Shown here: piece by piece, positions 7,559 to 16,034 of the stretch
Layout of the letters: each line of letters starts with the position of its first letter
Position numbering within the stretch: the stretch's first letter is position 1
DNA from: Myxococcales bacterium
Lineage (GTDB): Bacteria > Desulfobacterota > Binatia > HRBIN30
DNA length: 30,661 bases
Assembly (NCBI GenBank): GCA_037445065.1
Contig: JBBILD010000029.1
Coordinates: forward strand, 1 to 30,661
Direction of reading: 5' to 3'
Position numbers and translations under genes: made by a program
Notes under the pieces: generated by a model
What the model was told of the DNA's origin: nothing
Seen by the model: only the letters and a program-made list of their open reading frames with translations
Database searches by the model: none

Positions 7559-9007
7559 CTACGGAAGGAACAAGGGCTGTCCGTTGACCGGGTGCACGAG
7601 ATCGAAGTTCTCGCTCGTCCAGTAGTCCTCCGGTGGGCCGGCATCGAGAGGCAGAATGTTCGCGAGGATTTCACTGTGCGGGATGGCGAGCCAGTGCTTG
7701 AGGATCGTTCCGTACACGTCGCGGAAATCCGTGGAGCGATGTGGGTTCGAAGGGTCTTGCGAGTACTTGGTATTGCCGTCGTCCCAGGTGGCGCCGGGGT
7801 TGAGCACGCGGCTGTCACTAATGTCGGGATGATTCCCGTAGATGCCCCCGTTTACTTTTCCGCCGATGAGGAACATCGGTCCTTGCGAGCCATGGTCCGT
7901 GCCATTGTCGTTTTGCTGCGGGCGGCGCGAGAACTCGCTCCACACGAACACCAGCACCTTGTCGGCCATGCCCATGTCTTCGAGGTCTTGGTAAAAGACC
8001 TCTAGTGCGTCCCCGACTTCGCGGTGCAACTCGTTATGCGTGTCGTTGGCGCCCACGGTGCCTTGATTCGAGTGGGTGTCGTAGCCGCCGTTGGCGAGCG
8101 AGAAGTGCCTGGCGTTGACGTTGGGGACGCCTTGGCGGATGCCGTAAACGACCTTGGCGATTTCGCGCAGGTTGCGTGCGGTGCTCGAATCCAAGGCGTT
8201 GTACTGATCCAGCCACGACGAGCGGTCCGTGCGATAAAGGCCGTCGAGTGTGGGGTAAGCGTCGGTCGCTTGAAGGGTGGCGGAGCCCGTGTTGCCGAGA
8301 AAACGCAGCAACCCCTGTGCAGAGGCTTGTGCCGACGCGTAAATCGCTTCGAAGGCAGTGCGGGCCGGCGCGTGTTCTTCGCTGTACCAGGTGTCGCGGG
8401 GGAAATCGAGTTCGCGCAAGCGGCCGGCGGTCAGCACGCTCGTGCTTTGTTGGGCAAACTCGGCTGCAACCCAGTATCCCATGGAAAGCGCAGGCACCTG
8501 GCTAGCGGAGTACCGACTCGCCAAGTAGCGCCCGAGCCAGCCTGTGCCCATGGCGTTGAGGCGGGCCGTTTGCCAAATCCGCCGGGAGACATCGTGCGAG
8601 AGGTTGTAGTCCGGATACCCGCAGCCTTGGATCACCGCCACCTTACCGAGTTGGTACAGGTTCCAGAGCCCTTGCAGGCCAGGGTGTAACGCCAGCGGTG
8701 TCGCGGTGTTGGGGTCGTTGCCGAGCGCGTACGGTGTGAGTTCGGCTTGGCTCAAGCGCAAGCCGCCAGGCCCCGAGCGGCGGAGGATCTCGTAACTCTG
8801 ACGGAAGTTGCGAAAGGAACCGTTGTCGAGGGGCACCACGGTGTTCAAACCGTCATTGCCACCGTCGAGGAACAGGGAGACGATGAAACGATCGCCGATA
8901 TCTGCCAAAGCGCGCCGCACGAGCGGGTGGGTCCACAATCCCGAGGTGAACGCACCACCAGCCAATAGCCCGGTGCGCGTTAGGAACTGCCGTCTCGTCA
9001 GTGCCAT
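7559..9007 (-). CDS. DUF1501 family protein with Tat signal peptide (copy 1)
   Basis: MALTRRQFL Tat motif. Motifs FLDGGNDGLNTVVP, LALHP, NLSHDVS, GGYDTHSNQ, SEFSRR, GTDHG, TDFRDVY. AAGGAG RBS. Confidence 0.92.
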   Translation of the reverse strand: MALTRRQFLTRTGLLAGGAFTSGLWTHPLVRRALADIGDRFIVSLFLDGGNDGLNTVVPLDNGSFRNFRQSYEILRRSGPGGLRLSQAELTPYALGNDPNTATPLALHPGLQGLWNLYQLGKVAVIQGCGYPDYNLSHDVSRRIWQTARLNAMGTGWLGRYLASRYSASQVPALSMGYWVAAEFAQQSTSVLTAGRLRELDFPRDTWYSEEHAPARTAFEAIYASAQASAQGLLRFLGNTGSATLQATDAYPTLDGLYRTDRSSWLDQYNALDSSTARNLREIAKVVYGIRQGVPNVNARHFSLANGGYDTHSNQGTVGANDTHNELHREVGDALEVFYQDLEDMGMADKVLVFVWSEFSRRPQQNDNGTDHGSQGPMFLIGGKVNGGIYGNHPDISDSRVLNPGATWDDGNTKYSQDPSNPHRSTDFRDVYGTILKHWLAIPHSEILANILPLDAGPPEDYWTSENFDLVHPVNGQPLFLP

Positions 9008-9024
9008 CGTTGTCTCCTTATTGC

Positions 9025-10503
9025 TCAGTGCAGGTGGAACTGGGGCGATTGCAAGACCAGAGCGATCAGGCCGTGCAATTTCCGGTAGCGCGTGTATTCG
9101 TCGCGCAGGTCGAGTGGTCCCCCTAAGTAGTCAATCAAGGCTTGCCGCTCGGCCGAGCTGAATTGATCGGGCACCCCGAGCAAGCGCAGCACGGCATCCA
9201 CAATATCTCCCGGCGCGGTCAGGTTCAGGTCAATGAGCCGGTCACTACGCACGTGGTAGGTACGGCTCCCCCGCGCCCCGGCTAAATTGCGCGCAAAGGC
9301 GTAGCGAGCCAATAAGGTGGCGCTGTTGATCCAGGCTTCTTCCCAGTCCCAACCAAAGACGCTCGGCGGCTCCAGCAGCCATTGGCCCATATCGCCGATG
9401 GCCGAAGAGATGTTGCTCCAGTCGCCTCCCTCGACCCACCAATTACCCCAGCGGTCGGAGCGCGGCTTCACGCGCAACAAGCGCAAGGCCGAGATGGCAA
9501 AGTCCACCGGCCACACCACCGACTTCTTGGTGCTCGCATCGAACGGTGCCGGCGCGGCGGTTTCGTAAAAGAAATCGTCCACGAAAATCTCGCGCAGCAG
9601 GCGGGCCAGATCCCAGGTGGTGTCGAACTGCGCCCGCGCCACGATGGGGTCGATGATGGCAGCGTTTTGCGGGTAGGGTGGTAGCGGGTGGGCAAAGTAC
9701 TCGAGCAGTTTTTTGGTGATAAACCGCGCCACGGTGCTGCGGCCATCCGAGTCGCGGTGTTCGAAAATGATGTCCACGACTTGATCGATCTCCATTGGAC
9801 CTTCGCCTCCCGGCTGGGTGAAGTCCCGCCCGGCTGGGCCAAAGTTGCCGCGGGTGCGGAAGATCACCTTCTCTCCACGCTCGGGATACTCGCTGTTGTA
9901 GTCGTGTTGCCAGTTGCGAAAGACGGGTCGCCGGCGATCCCAATCCCAGTTCCAGCCAGAGAAGGCACGCGCGATTTGCACGATGTCCTGCTGGTCGTAG
10001 TTCGGCTGGCCGGCGAGATCGTTGACCCCCAGAGTGAAAAGTTCCATCAATTCCCGCGCGTAGTTCTCGTTCGGCTGATCCTTGAAATTGCGGACGGTGT
10101 CCAAGTACTCCATCATGGCCCCGTCGGTATTGATCGCCTTCACAAAGGCCTTGAAGTTGCCTTTGCAAAATTGGCGCAGGAGTTTGTTCTGGTCGGCCAT
10201 GCGCCGCGCGTCGCGCACTTTGTCGTCGCCAGTGGCAAAGTGGTCGTGCCAGAAGAGCACGAGCTTTTCTTGCAGCGGGTTGGGTGTCCGCAACATGTAC
10301 TTCAGCCAGGAGGTGCGGACTTGGGCGGTGTAGCGCCCGCGCGGTTTGAACTTCGCCGGGCGAAACGACAGCACCTGGTCCGCAGCCGCTCCTCGTGTGA
10401 GGGGGGCGAGGCGCTCGACCGCTGCCGGTGGTGCGCCAAACCCCGTGCGCCGCAAGAGGTGACGCGCCCCCGACTCACCCAGGATGGTGTTTTGATCTCC
10501 CAT
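9025..10503 (-). CDS. DUF1800 family protein (copy 1)
   Basis: ARHLLRRTGFG, LQEKLVLFWHDHFAT, MMEYLD, PNENYARELMELFTLGV, YDQQDI, GQWLLEPPSVFGW, SPQFHLH. ATG at 10503 follows GGGGAGGA. Confidence 0.92.
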   Translation of the reverse strand: MGDQNTILGESGARHLLRRTGFGAPPAAVERLAPLTRGAAADQVLSFRPAKFKPRGRYTAQVRTSWLKYMLRTPNPLQEKLVLFWHDHFATGDDKVRDARRMADQNKLLRQFCKGNFKAFVKAINTDGAMMEYLDTVRNFKDQPNENYARELMELFTLGVNDLAGQPNYDQQDIVQIARAFSGWNWDWDRRRPVFRNWQHDYNSEYPERGEKVIFRTRGNFGPAGRDFTQPGGEGPMEIDQVVDIIFEHRDSDGRSTVARFITKKLLEYFAHPLPPYPQNAAIIDPIVARAQFDTTWDLARLLREIFVDDFFYETAAPAPFDASTKKSVVWPVDFAISALRLLRVKPRSDRWGNWWVEGGDWSNISSAIGDMGQWLLEPPSVFGWDWEEAWINSATLLARYAFARNLAGARGSRTYHVRSDRLIDLNLTAPGDIVDAVLRLLGVPDQFSSAERQALIDYLGGPLDLRDEYTRYRKLHGLIALVLQSPQFHLH

Positions 10504-10561
10504 ACATTCCTCCCCGACAAGGCTGCAGTGCGGCCGGCCCGCTTCCGAAAGCCGTGCCACG

Positions 10562-10590
10562 ATGGTCTGGTGCGGCGCAACCGCTGTCAA
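10562..10590 (-). promoter_or_regulatory. Putative sigma70-type promoter of the DUF1800/DUF1501 operon
   Basis: Minus-strand TTGACA (10590-10585), 17-nt spacer, then GACCAT (10567-10562), about 60 nt upstream of ATG 10503. Confidence 0.45.
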
Positions 10591-10705
10591 GATGATTTTT
10601 CCACGCCCAGTCGGAGGCGCTCCGTTGCATGAAGCGGTGCGATGTCGTCAGCGGCGGCACGAACGTATCGCGGGTGCCCAGATTTGGCACCGCAGCAGAG
10701 TCGGC

Positions 10706-11869
10706 TCACAGGCGCCGCAAGAGTTCGGCGAGCACCATCCGGGCATCGAAGTATGCGGCCGCAATGCCGCGCGCTGCCGTGCTGTGGAGTCCTGGATCGG
10801 TACGGACCTGCCTGACGGCGTCGGCGGCCTCGTCGAGTGTGCGCACCGCGAACAGACCCTGTCCGACCGGCAACGAGTCTTCGAAGCCGGTAGGCTGGGT
10901 CACCACCGCGCGGCCAGCGGCCAGGTAGCAAGCGCTGCGGTCGGAAAACCAGCCGGTGCGCAGCCGGATGTTGAGGTCTTTGGCGGTGGTGAACTCGCCT
11001 GCGGACTGGAAGATGAACTCGCGATACGTAAAGGGGTCGGCGGAAATGTGGAGCGGATCGGTGACCTCCCAGCCATGGCGACGCAACCAGACGAGGTCGC
11101 CGGGCTCTTTGTCCGCGTCCATCGCCAGTACGAAGCGCGCGCCACTTCGCTCGGGTAGACTGATGAACTGGTTCCATTCTTCTCGCTTGCTCCACCCGTA
11201 ACGCTGCCCCTCGAGCTCCACTGCCCGGCGCGTTTCATGCCAGCGGCCAATGGTCGTAAACGGGGCTGCCGAAGGTGGGGCTGGTGCACTCCACAGCTCC
11301 AGAGCCACGGGTTGCCGGGTGCCGAGCCATTCGATGCCGCCGGTAGGCACGTGGCAGCCCGGCTTGCCGATCCGCTCTCCGATGGTGAAGTGGCGGTGGT
11401 AGTCGGACAGGAAAGTACACAAGGCAGAGTCGCCTTGCACAAAACGGATCTGGGTGTAACCGGGATCGAGGTCAATGAACACGCGCACAGCCCGAGGCGT
11501 CGACGGAAGCGGTTGCACGGCGGCCAGGGAGATGGCGAGGCGGGCTTCGTGGCAGACTTCTTCCAGGGCGCTGGCATGGAGACCGAACCAAGTTCCGCTG
11601 CTCGCGTCGTACACGCTCCAGTGTTCGCCCAGCCCGTGCGCGGCAAAAAAGCGGCGAACGCTTTCGATCGCCGGTGCGCAGGTGGAGGTCATCTCCCGCC
11701 GCAGTGGGTCGAAGCACTCACCAAGGTACTCCGTGCTTTCGTAAAAGACAGGGAAGTAGCCAAGCCGTTGCAGGCCGAGCAGGTAATGCAGAACTTGCCA
11801 GGCGTACCCGCCCAAGGGGCAGCGGGCAAAATAACCGCCCACGATGGCGACGTCTCGCGGTGCGCTCAC
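10706..11869 (-). CDS. GT-B-fold glycosyltransferase-like protein, paralog 3
   Basis: N-terminal PLGGYAWQVLHYLLGLQRLG, FIDLDPGYTQ, HFTIGE, TRQPV and C-terminal GEFTTAK...GWFSDRSACYLAAGRAVV.Q.TGF...AAAYFDA. Clearly homologous to the two upstream ORFs. Confidence 0.75.
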   Translation of the reverse strand: MSAPRDVAIVGGYFARCPLGGYAWQVLHYLLGLQRLGYFPVFYESTEYLGECFDPLRREMTSTCAPAIESVRRFFAAHGLGEHWSVYDASSGTWFGLHASALEEVCHEARLAISLAAVQPLPSTPRAVRVFIDLDPGYTQIRFVQGDSALCTFLSDYHRHFTIGERIGKPGCHVPTGGIEWLGTRQPVALELWSAPAPPSAAPFTTIGRWHETRRAVELEGQRYGWSKREEWNQFISLPERSGARFVLAMDADKEPGDLVWLRRHGWEVTDPLHISADPFTYREFIFQSAGEFTTAKDLNIRLRTGWFSDRSACYLAAGRAVVTQPTGFEDSLPVGQGLFAVRTLDEAADAVRQVRTDPGLHSTAARGIAAAYFDARMVLAELLRRL

Positions 11870-11912
11870 GCCCGCACGATAGCAGTGCCGGGGAACGTTG
11901 CGGGAGCCGCAG

Positions 11913-13070
11913 TCACAGGCCGGCGAGTGCTAACAGGCGGGAGAGCACCACCTCTGCGGAAAAGTACTGCTCGGCAAGGGCACGAGCGGCTCGGCTGTGC
12001 TCTGCGTACGCTTGCTCGACCGTGGGCAGGGCCGCGGCCGCTTCCTCCAGCGTGTGGAAGAGAACGATGCCCCGGCCCACGGGAAGCTGCCGCCCAATGC
12101 CGGTGTCTTGGAGGACTACGGGTCGCCCCGCCGCCAAATAGCAGGCGCTGCGGTCGCTGAACCACCCCGTGTTCCCGACCACGTAGCCATTCTTGGCCAC
12201 CGAGAATTCGCCGCGCGAGGAGCCAAGGTACCGCCGGTAGTCGTCCGGAGTTGCGCATCGTTGCTGCGGCGAGGTGATGCGCCAGCCGTTCTCCAGCAGG
12301 CGTGGTAGATCCGGTTCCGCAGGGTGGATGGCGAGGCAGAGTTCGAGTGGTACGGGAACTCGTCGCGGCAGGTCGAGCACCTTGACGAACTCCTCCGCTT
12401 TTTGCCCATACCACTGCCCCTGCCATTGAACTGGGCTGTAGCCGCGCCAGTCCGCCACCGTGGTCCACACCTCGCCCACCTCGCTGGCTACCGGCCAGTA
12501 CTTGAGCGCCACGGGGGGAAGAGTCGCGTGCCAATGGATGCCGCACTTCGGCACGGGGCAATCCGCAGCCGGCAGATTGAGGCCGACAGTACAATAAACG
12601 TGGTGGCCGGCCAGGTTCATGTCGACGCCGTATGCTTCCTGCCAAATTTGCGTGAAGCCAGGGTCGAGATCGATGTACATCCGGCAGCGAGCGCGAGAGA
12701 GGATCTCGCTGTGGTGAAAGCGACCGGAGAGAAGCACGAGAAGGGCACTTTCCGAGGCGAAGCGGATCGCCTCGCGCTCACCCATGCCCGCGCTCTGCCC
12801 GTCCTGGCAGTAAAGAAAACAGCGATCGCCAAAGCCAAAACGTTCGGCTACCAGGGCTAAGTAGCGGGCGTTGTAGCTGCTGCGGAAATCCGCTGGTCTC
12901 CAGGCCTCATCCGTACACCGGTCGGGAGCGATTTCCTCGAAGTAGGCGACCTCGAAACCCAGCTCGCGAAAGCCGAGCACGTACTGCAGGAAGGCCCAGG
13001 TGTTCCCCCCACCGCCGATCGGGTGTGCGGCGATCGCGCCCGTGACCACCAGTTTTTTGCGGCCAGCCAT
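11913..13070 (-). CDS. GT-B-fold glycosyltransferase-like protein, paralog 2
   Basis: Start MAGRKKLVVTG at 13070, 4 nt after the upstream stop. GGGNTWAFLQYVLGFRELG, YIDLDPGFTQ, GEFSVAKNGYV...GWFSDRSACYLAAGRPVVLQDTG. Confidence 0.78.
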   Translation of the reverse strand: MAGRKKLVVTGAIAAHPIGGGGNTWAFLQYVLGFRELGFEVAYFEEIAPDRCTDEAWRPADFRSSYNARYLALVAERFGFGDRCFLYCQDGQSAGMGEREAIRFASESALLVLLSGRFHHSEILSRARCRMYIDLDPGFTQIWQEAYGVDMNLAGHHVYCTVGLNLPAADCPVPKCGIHWHATLPPVALKYWPVASEVGEVWTTVADWRGYSPVQWQGQWYGQKAEEFVKVLDLPRRVPVPLELCLAIHPAEPDLPRLLENGWRITSPQQRCATPDDYRRYLGSSRGEFSVAKNGYVVGNTGWFSDRSACYLAAGRPVVLQDTGIGRQLPVGRGIVLFHTLEEAAAALPTVEQAYAEHSRAARALAEQYFSAEVVLSRLLALAGL

Positions 13071-13074
13071 TGGA

Positions 13075-14247
13075 TCAGGCAAGCTGGCAGGCCTGCAGGA
13101 TGTCGCGGAGCACGGTGCGGGCGTCGAAGTAGGTCTCCGCCAGCGAGCGCGCTGCCAGGCAGTGGTGGCGGTAGCGGCTTTCGATTTTGTCAATGGCGGC
13201 GCGTACGTCGTCCACCGTCGAGAACGCAAACAGCCCCTCGCCCGTGGGATAGAAGCGGGAAAACCCCGTGTCTTGAACGATCGCGGGTTTCCCCGAGGCG
13301 AGGTAGGATACGGTTCGAGTGCTGAACCAACCGCTGCGCGTGTCTACGTAGGCGTTTTTTGCGACGCTCCACTCCGCCCGCGAGCGTTGGATGAAGGAGC
13401 GGTAAAAACCCATTGTGCGCGACACGCGGTGCCCATCGCTGATTTCCCAGCCGTGGCGGCGCAGTTCGGCCCGCGGTGCCGCACCGGATATTGCCACTGC
13501 AAAGCGGACCGGAATGCGCTGGGGGAGTTCGACGAAGCGGGCGAATTCTACGTCCTTCCCTCCGTATGCCTTCCCGTTCAAAGTGGGGGGCCTGACATCA
13601 ATTTTCCAAGACATCACGGTAGTGTATCGGCGTGCGCGGGGGGTAAAGGTCCGCGGCCAGTGGGCGAGCACGATCGGCGGTCGGGTAGGCTGCCAGTCGA
13701 GACCCCCGGTCGGGATCTCGCAATCCGCGCTGCCCAGATTCGCTCCCAGCGTGAAAAAGCGGTGATGTGCTCGGATCAGACCGACCGAAAACTCCTGTTC
13801 TTCACTAGCCCTCCCTTCTTCCACGGCTTGCAGTTTGGCCTGTGTGTATCCGGGATCGGTGTCCACATACGCTAGGCAGCGGGCGCCGCGGTACTCTTCG
13901 CGCAGCCAGCAGCTCCCCGACACGTTCAGAAAAAGATCGGCTTGCTCGCAGAATTCAATCACCTGTTGGCGATCCATCCCGTGGTAGCGCCCGAGTGGGT
14001 CGCGCAGCGACCAGCGCCGGGACATGGCGCAGCCACACCGCTCCAGCGCGCGCGCGAGGTAGCGAGCATGGGAAGAGGCGTCACTGGTGAAGGTGGCCTT
14101 GCGCGGATCGTAGAGCCACTGGCCGGTGTCTTCGAGATAGAGCACGTCGCAGCCGAGGTCCCGCAAGCCGCGCACGTACGCCAGGTAGTCCCAGGCCACC
14201 CCGCCGAGCGGGTAGGTAGCGATGAGCCCTGTAACCACGACTTTCAT
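13075..14247 (-). CDS. GT-B-fold glycosyltransferase-like protein, paralog 1
   Basis: MKVVVTG..ATYPLGGVAWDYLAYVRGLRDLG, YVDTDPGYTQ, AEWSVAKNAYV...GWFSTRTVSYLASGKPAIVQDTGF. ATGA overlap with the ABC gene stop. Confidence 0.78.
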   Translation of the reverse strand: MKVVVTGLIATYPLGGVAWDYLAYVRGLRDLGCDVLYLEDTGQWLYDPRKATFTSDASSHARYLARALERCGCAMSRRWSLRDPLGRYHGMDRQQVIEFCEQADLFLNVSGSCWLREEYRGARCLAYVDTDPGYTQAKLQAVEEGRASEEQEFSVGLIRAHHRFFTLGANLGSADCEIPTGGLDWQPTRPPIVLAHWPRTFTPRARRYTTVMSWKIDVRPPTLNGKAYGGKDVEFARFVELPQRIPVRFAVAISGAAPRAELRRHGWEISDGHRVSRTMGFYRSFIQRSRAEWSVAKNAYVDTRSGWFSTRTVSYLASGKPAIVQDTGFSRFYPTGEGLFAFSTVDDVRAAIDKIESRYRHHCLAARSLAETYFDARTVLRDILQACQLA

Positions 14248-16034
14248 CCCGTCGCTCCCGATACGTTGCTGTCGCCGACCGAATGCGCGTACAGCCGATA
14301 CAGCAAACCGCGGCGCTCTAGAAGTTCGGCAAACCGGCCTCGTTCCACGATACGGCCTTGATCGAGAACGAGGATGTGGTCGGCGTTGCGGATCGTGCTC
14401 AGGCGGTGGGCGATCACCAGCGTGGTGCGCCCCCGCATCACATTGCGCAGCGCCTCGAACAGCGCGCGCTCCGTGCCCGCGTCGAGCGAAGCCGTAGGCT
14501 CGTCGAGTACCAGGATGGGCGACGGAACCAGCAATGCCCGCGCAATGGTCAGGCGTTGCCGCTCTCCTTCGGAAAGCGTTGCACCGCGGCTGCCGAGTAC
14601 CGTGTCGTAGCCCTGCGGGAGTTGCACAATGAAGCTGTGTGCTTGCGCCAACCGGGCGGCGGCTTCGACCTCTTCCTCTGTGGCCTCCGGGCGCCCGTAC
14701 GCAATGTTTTCTCGCACGGTGAGCGGAAAGACGATGGGGGGCTGGAGGACCATGCTGATCGCCTGCCGCAAGGAGGCGAGCGTGAGCTCGCGGATATCAA
14801 TGCCGTCGATCAACACCCGCCCTCGATCAGGGTCGTAAAAGCGCGCCAGGAGGCTGACGAGCGTACTCTTCCCCGCACCGGTCGGGCCGACGATCGCCAC
14901 CACCTCGCCCGCGTGCGCCTCGAAGTCAATATCGGCCAGCGTCACTTCATCCGGATTGTAGGAAAACCACACGTGCTCGAAGCGGACGTGCCCGCGCACA
15001 GGCTGCGGCAGGGTGCGCCAGCCATCGCGTACACTGCTCGGGGTGGTGAGCACTTCGAGGACGCGGATCAAGCCGGCACGGGCTCCTTGCACGACGCCGT
15101 AGGTATGCACCATGGCTTGCAGCGGACCGTAAAGCGAGCCGAGGTAGCTCACAAACACGACCAGGTCCCCGGCGCTCAGCGCGCCGCTCCACACTCGCTG
15201 TGCCCCCAGCCAGAGCACCGCCGCCGTGCCTCCGGCGAGCAACACACTGGTGAGCGCGGAGAAAGCCGTTTGCAGTGTGTAGAGAGCTAGATTCGCCTGC
15301 AGCGACTGCCTGCTCCGATGCAAGAAGGCGCGGTGTTCGCGCTCCTCTTTGGCGAACGCCTGCACGACTTTGATTGCTGACATGCTGCGCTCTACCTGCT
15401 CGTACACCTCGCTTTCGTGTTCGCGGGCTTTGCGAGCAACAGCGCCGAGCCGCCGGTTCATCCGCCCCAGCACGAGCAGGAGCGCCGGGGTGACCAGGAG
15501 CGCCACCGCGGTCATGGCCGGGTCCATGCGCAGCATCACCGCAAACATTCCTCCGAGGAGGAGTACGGAGGCGAGCACCGGGAACAACCCGTTCATGGCG
15601 TAGGTCTGGATCGCGTACGTGTCGCTGGCCACGCGGTAGATCAGGTCGCCGACCGAAGCCCGGTTGTGAAACGAAAGGGAAAGCCGCTGTAGGTGCTGGT
15701 AGGTGCGGCTGCGTAAGTCATGCACCATCCGCTGGCCGAGAGAGATGGTGGTGACGTTGTTCCAGACTTGCAGTGCGCCGAGACTGGCGTAAATGGCGAT
15801 CAAGCCGAGGCTAGCGGCAGCGAGCAAGGCTGCGCCGCTGGCCAGTCCTGGGGGGAACGAGGGCAAGGGTTGGCCGGTGAGCACATGATCGAGGACGATT
15901 TTGAGTGGCCAAGGTTTGGCCAACTCGAGCAGCGTGATGAGAAGGACCTGCAAGAGACCGAGTAAGAAACGCAGGCGGTACGGCGATAAGGCTTGCAGGA
16001 CGTACCGCTCCGGGGAGACCCGAGCCGGGCTCAT
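14244..16034 (-). CDS. ABC exporter, fused permease/ATPase (MsbA/NdvA-like, type IV)
   Basis: N-terminal multi-TM domain. Walker A GPTGAGKS, signature LSEGERQR, Walker B ILVLDEPT, H-loop IAHRLS. ATG 16034 overlaps the upstream TGA (ATGA). Confidence 0.93.
   Translation of the reverse strand: MSPARVSPERYVLQALSPYRLRFLLGLLQVLLITLLELAKPWPLKIVLDHVLTGQPLPSFPPGLASGAALLAAASLGLIAIYASLGALQVWNNVTTISLGQRMVHDLRSRTYQHLQRLSLSFHNRASVGDLIYRVASDTYAIQTYAMNGLFPVLASVLLLGGMFAVMLRMDPAMTAVALLVTPALLLVLGRMNRRLGAVARKAREHESEVYEQVERSMSAIKVVQAFAKEEREHRAFLHRSRQSLQANLALYTLQTAFSALTSVLLAGGTAAVLWLGAQRVWSGALSAGDLVVFVSYLGSLYGPLQAMVHTYGVVQGARAGLIRVLEVLTTPSSVRDGWRTLPQPVRGHVRFEHVWFSYNPDEVTLADIDFEAHAGEVVAIVGPTGAGKSTLVSLLARFYDPDRGRVLIDGIDIRELTLASLRQAISMVLQPPIVFPLTVRENIAYGRPEATEEEVEAAARLAQAHSFIVQLPQGYDTVLGSRGATLSEGERQRLTIARALLVPSPILVLDEPTASLDAGTERALFEALRNVMRGRTTLVIAHRLSTIRNADHILVLDQGRIVERGRFAELLERRGLLYRLYAHSVGDSNVSGATG

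Noticed and set aside
7540..7818. N-terminal extensions given by the ORF track (7818, 10590, 13229, 16118, 6404, 22220, 1532)
   Set aside because: They overlap neighbouring genes or lack an RBS. Downstream starts have SD motifs, coupling overlaps or signal peptides.
10544..10558. Sigma54 promoter (minus-strand TGGCACGGCTTTCGG) upstream of DUF1800
   Set aside because: The -24 element is perfect but the -12 reads TCGG rather than TTGC, lacking the conserved GC. It also lies downstream of the sigma70-like candidate.
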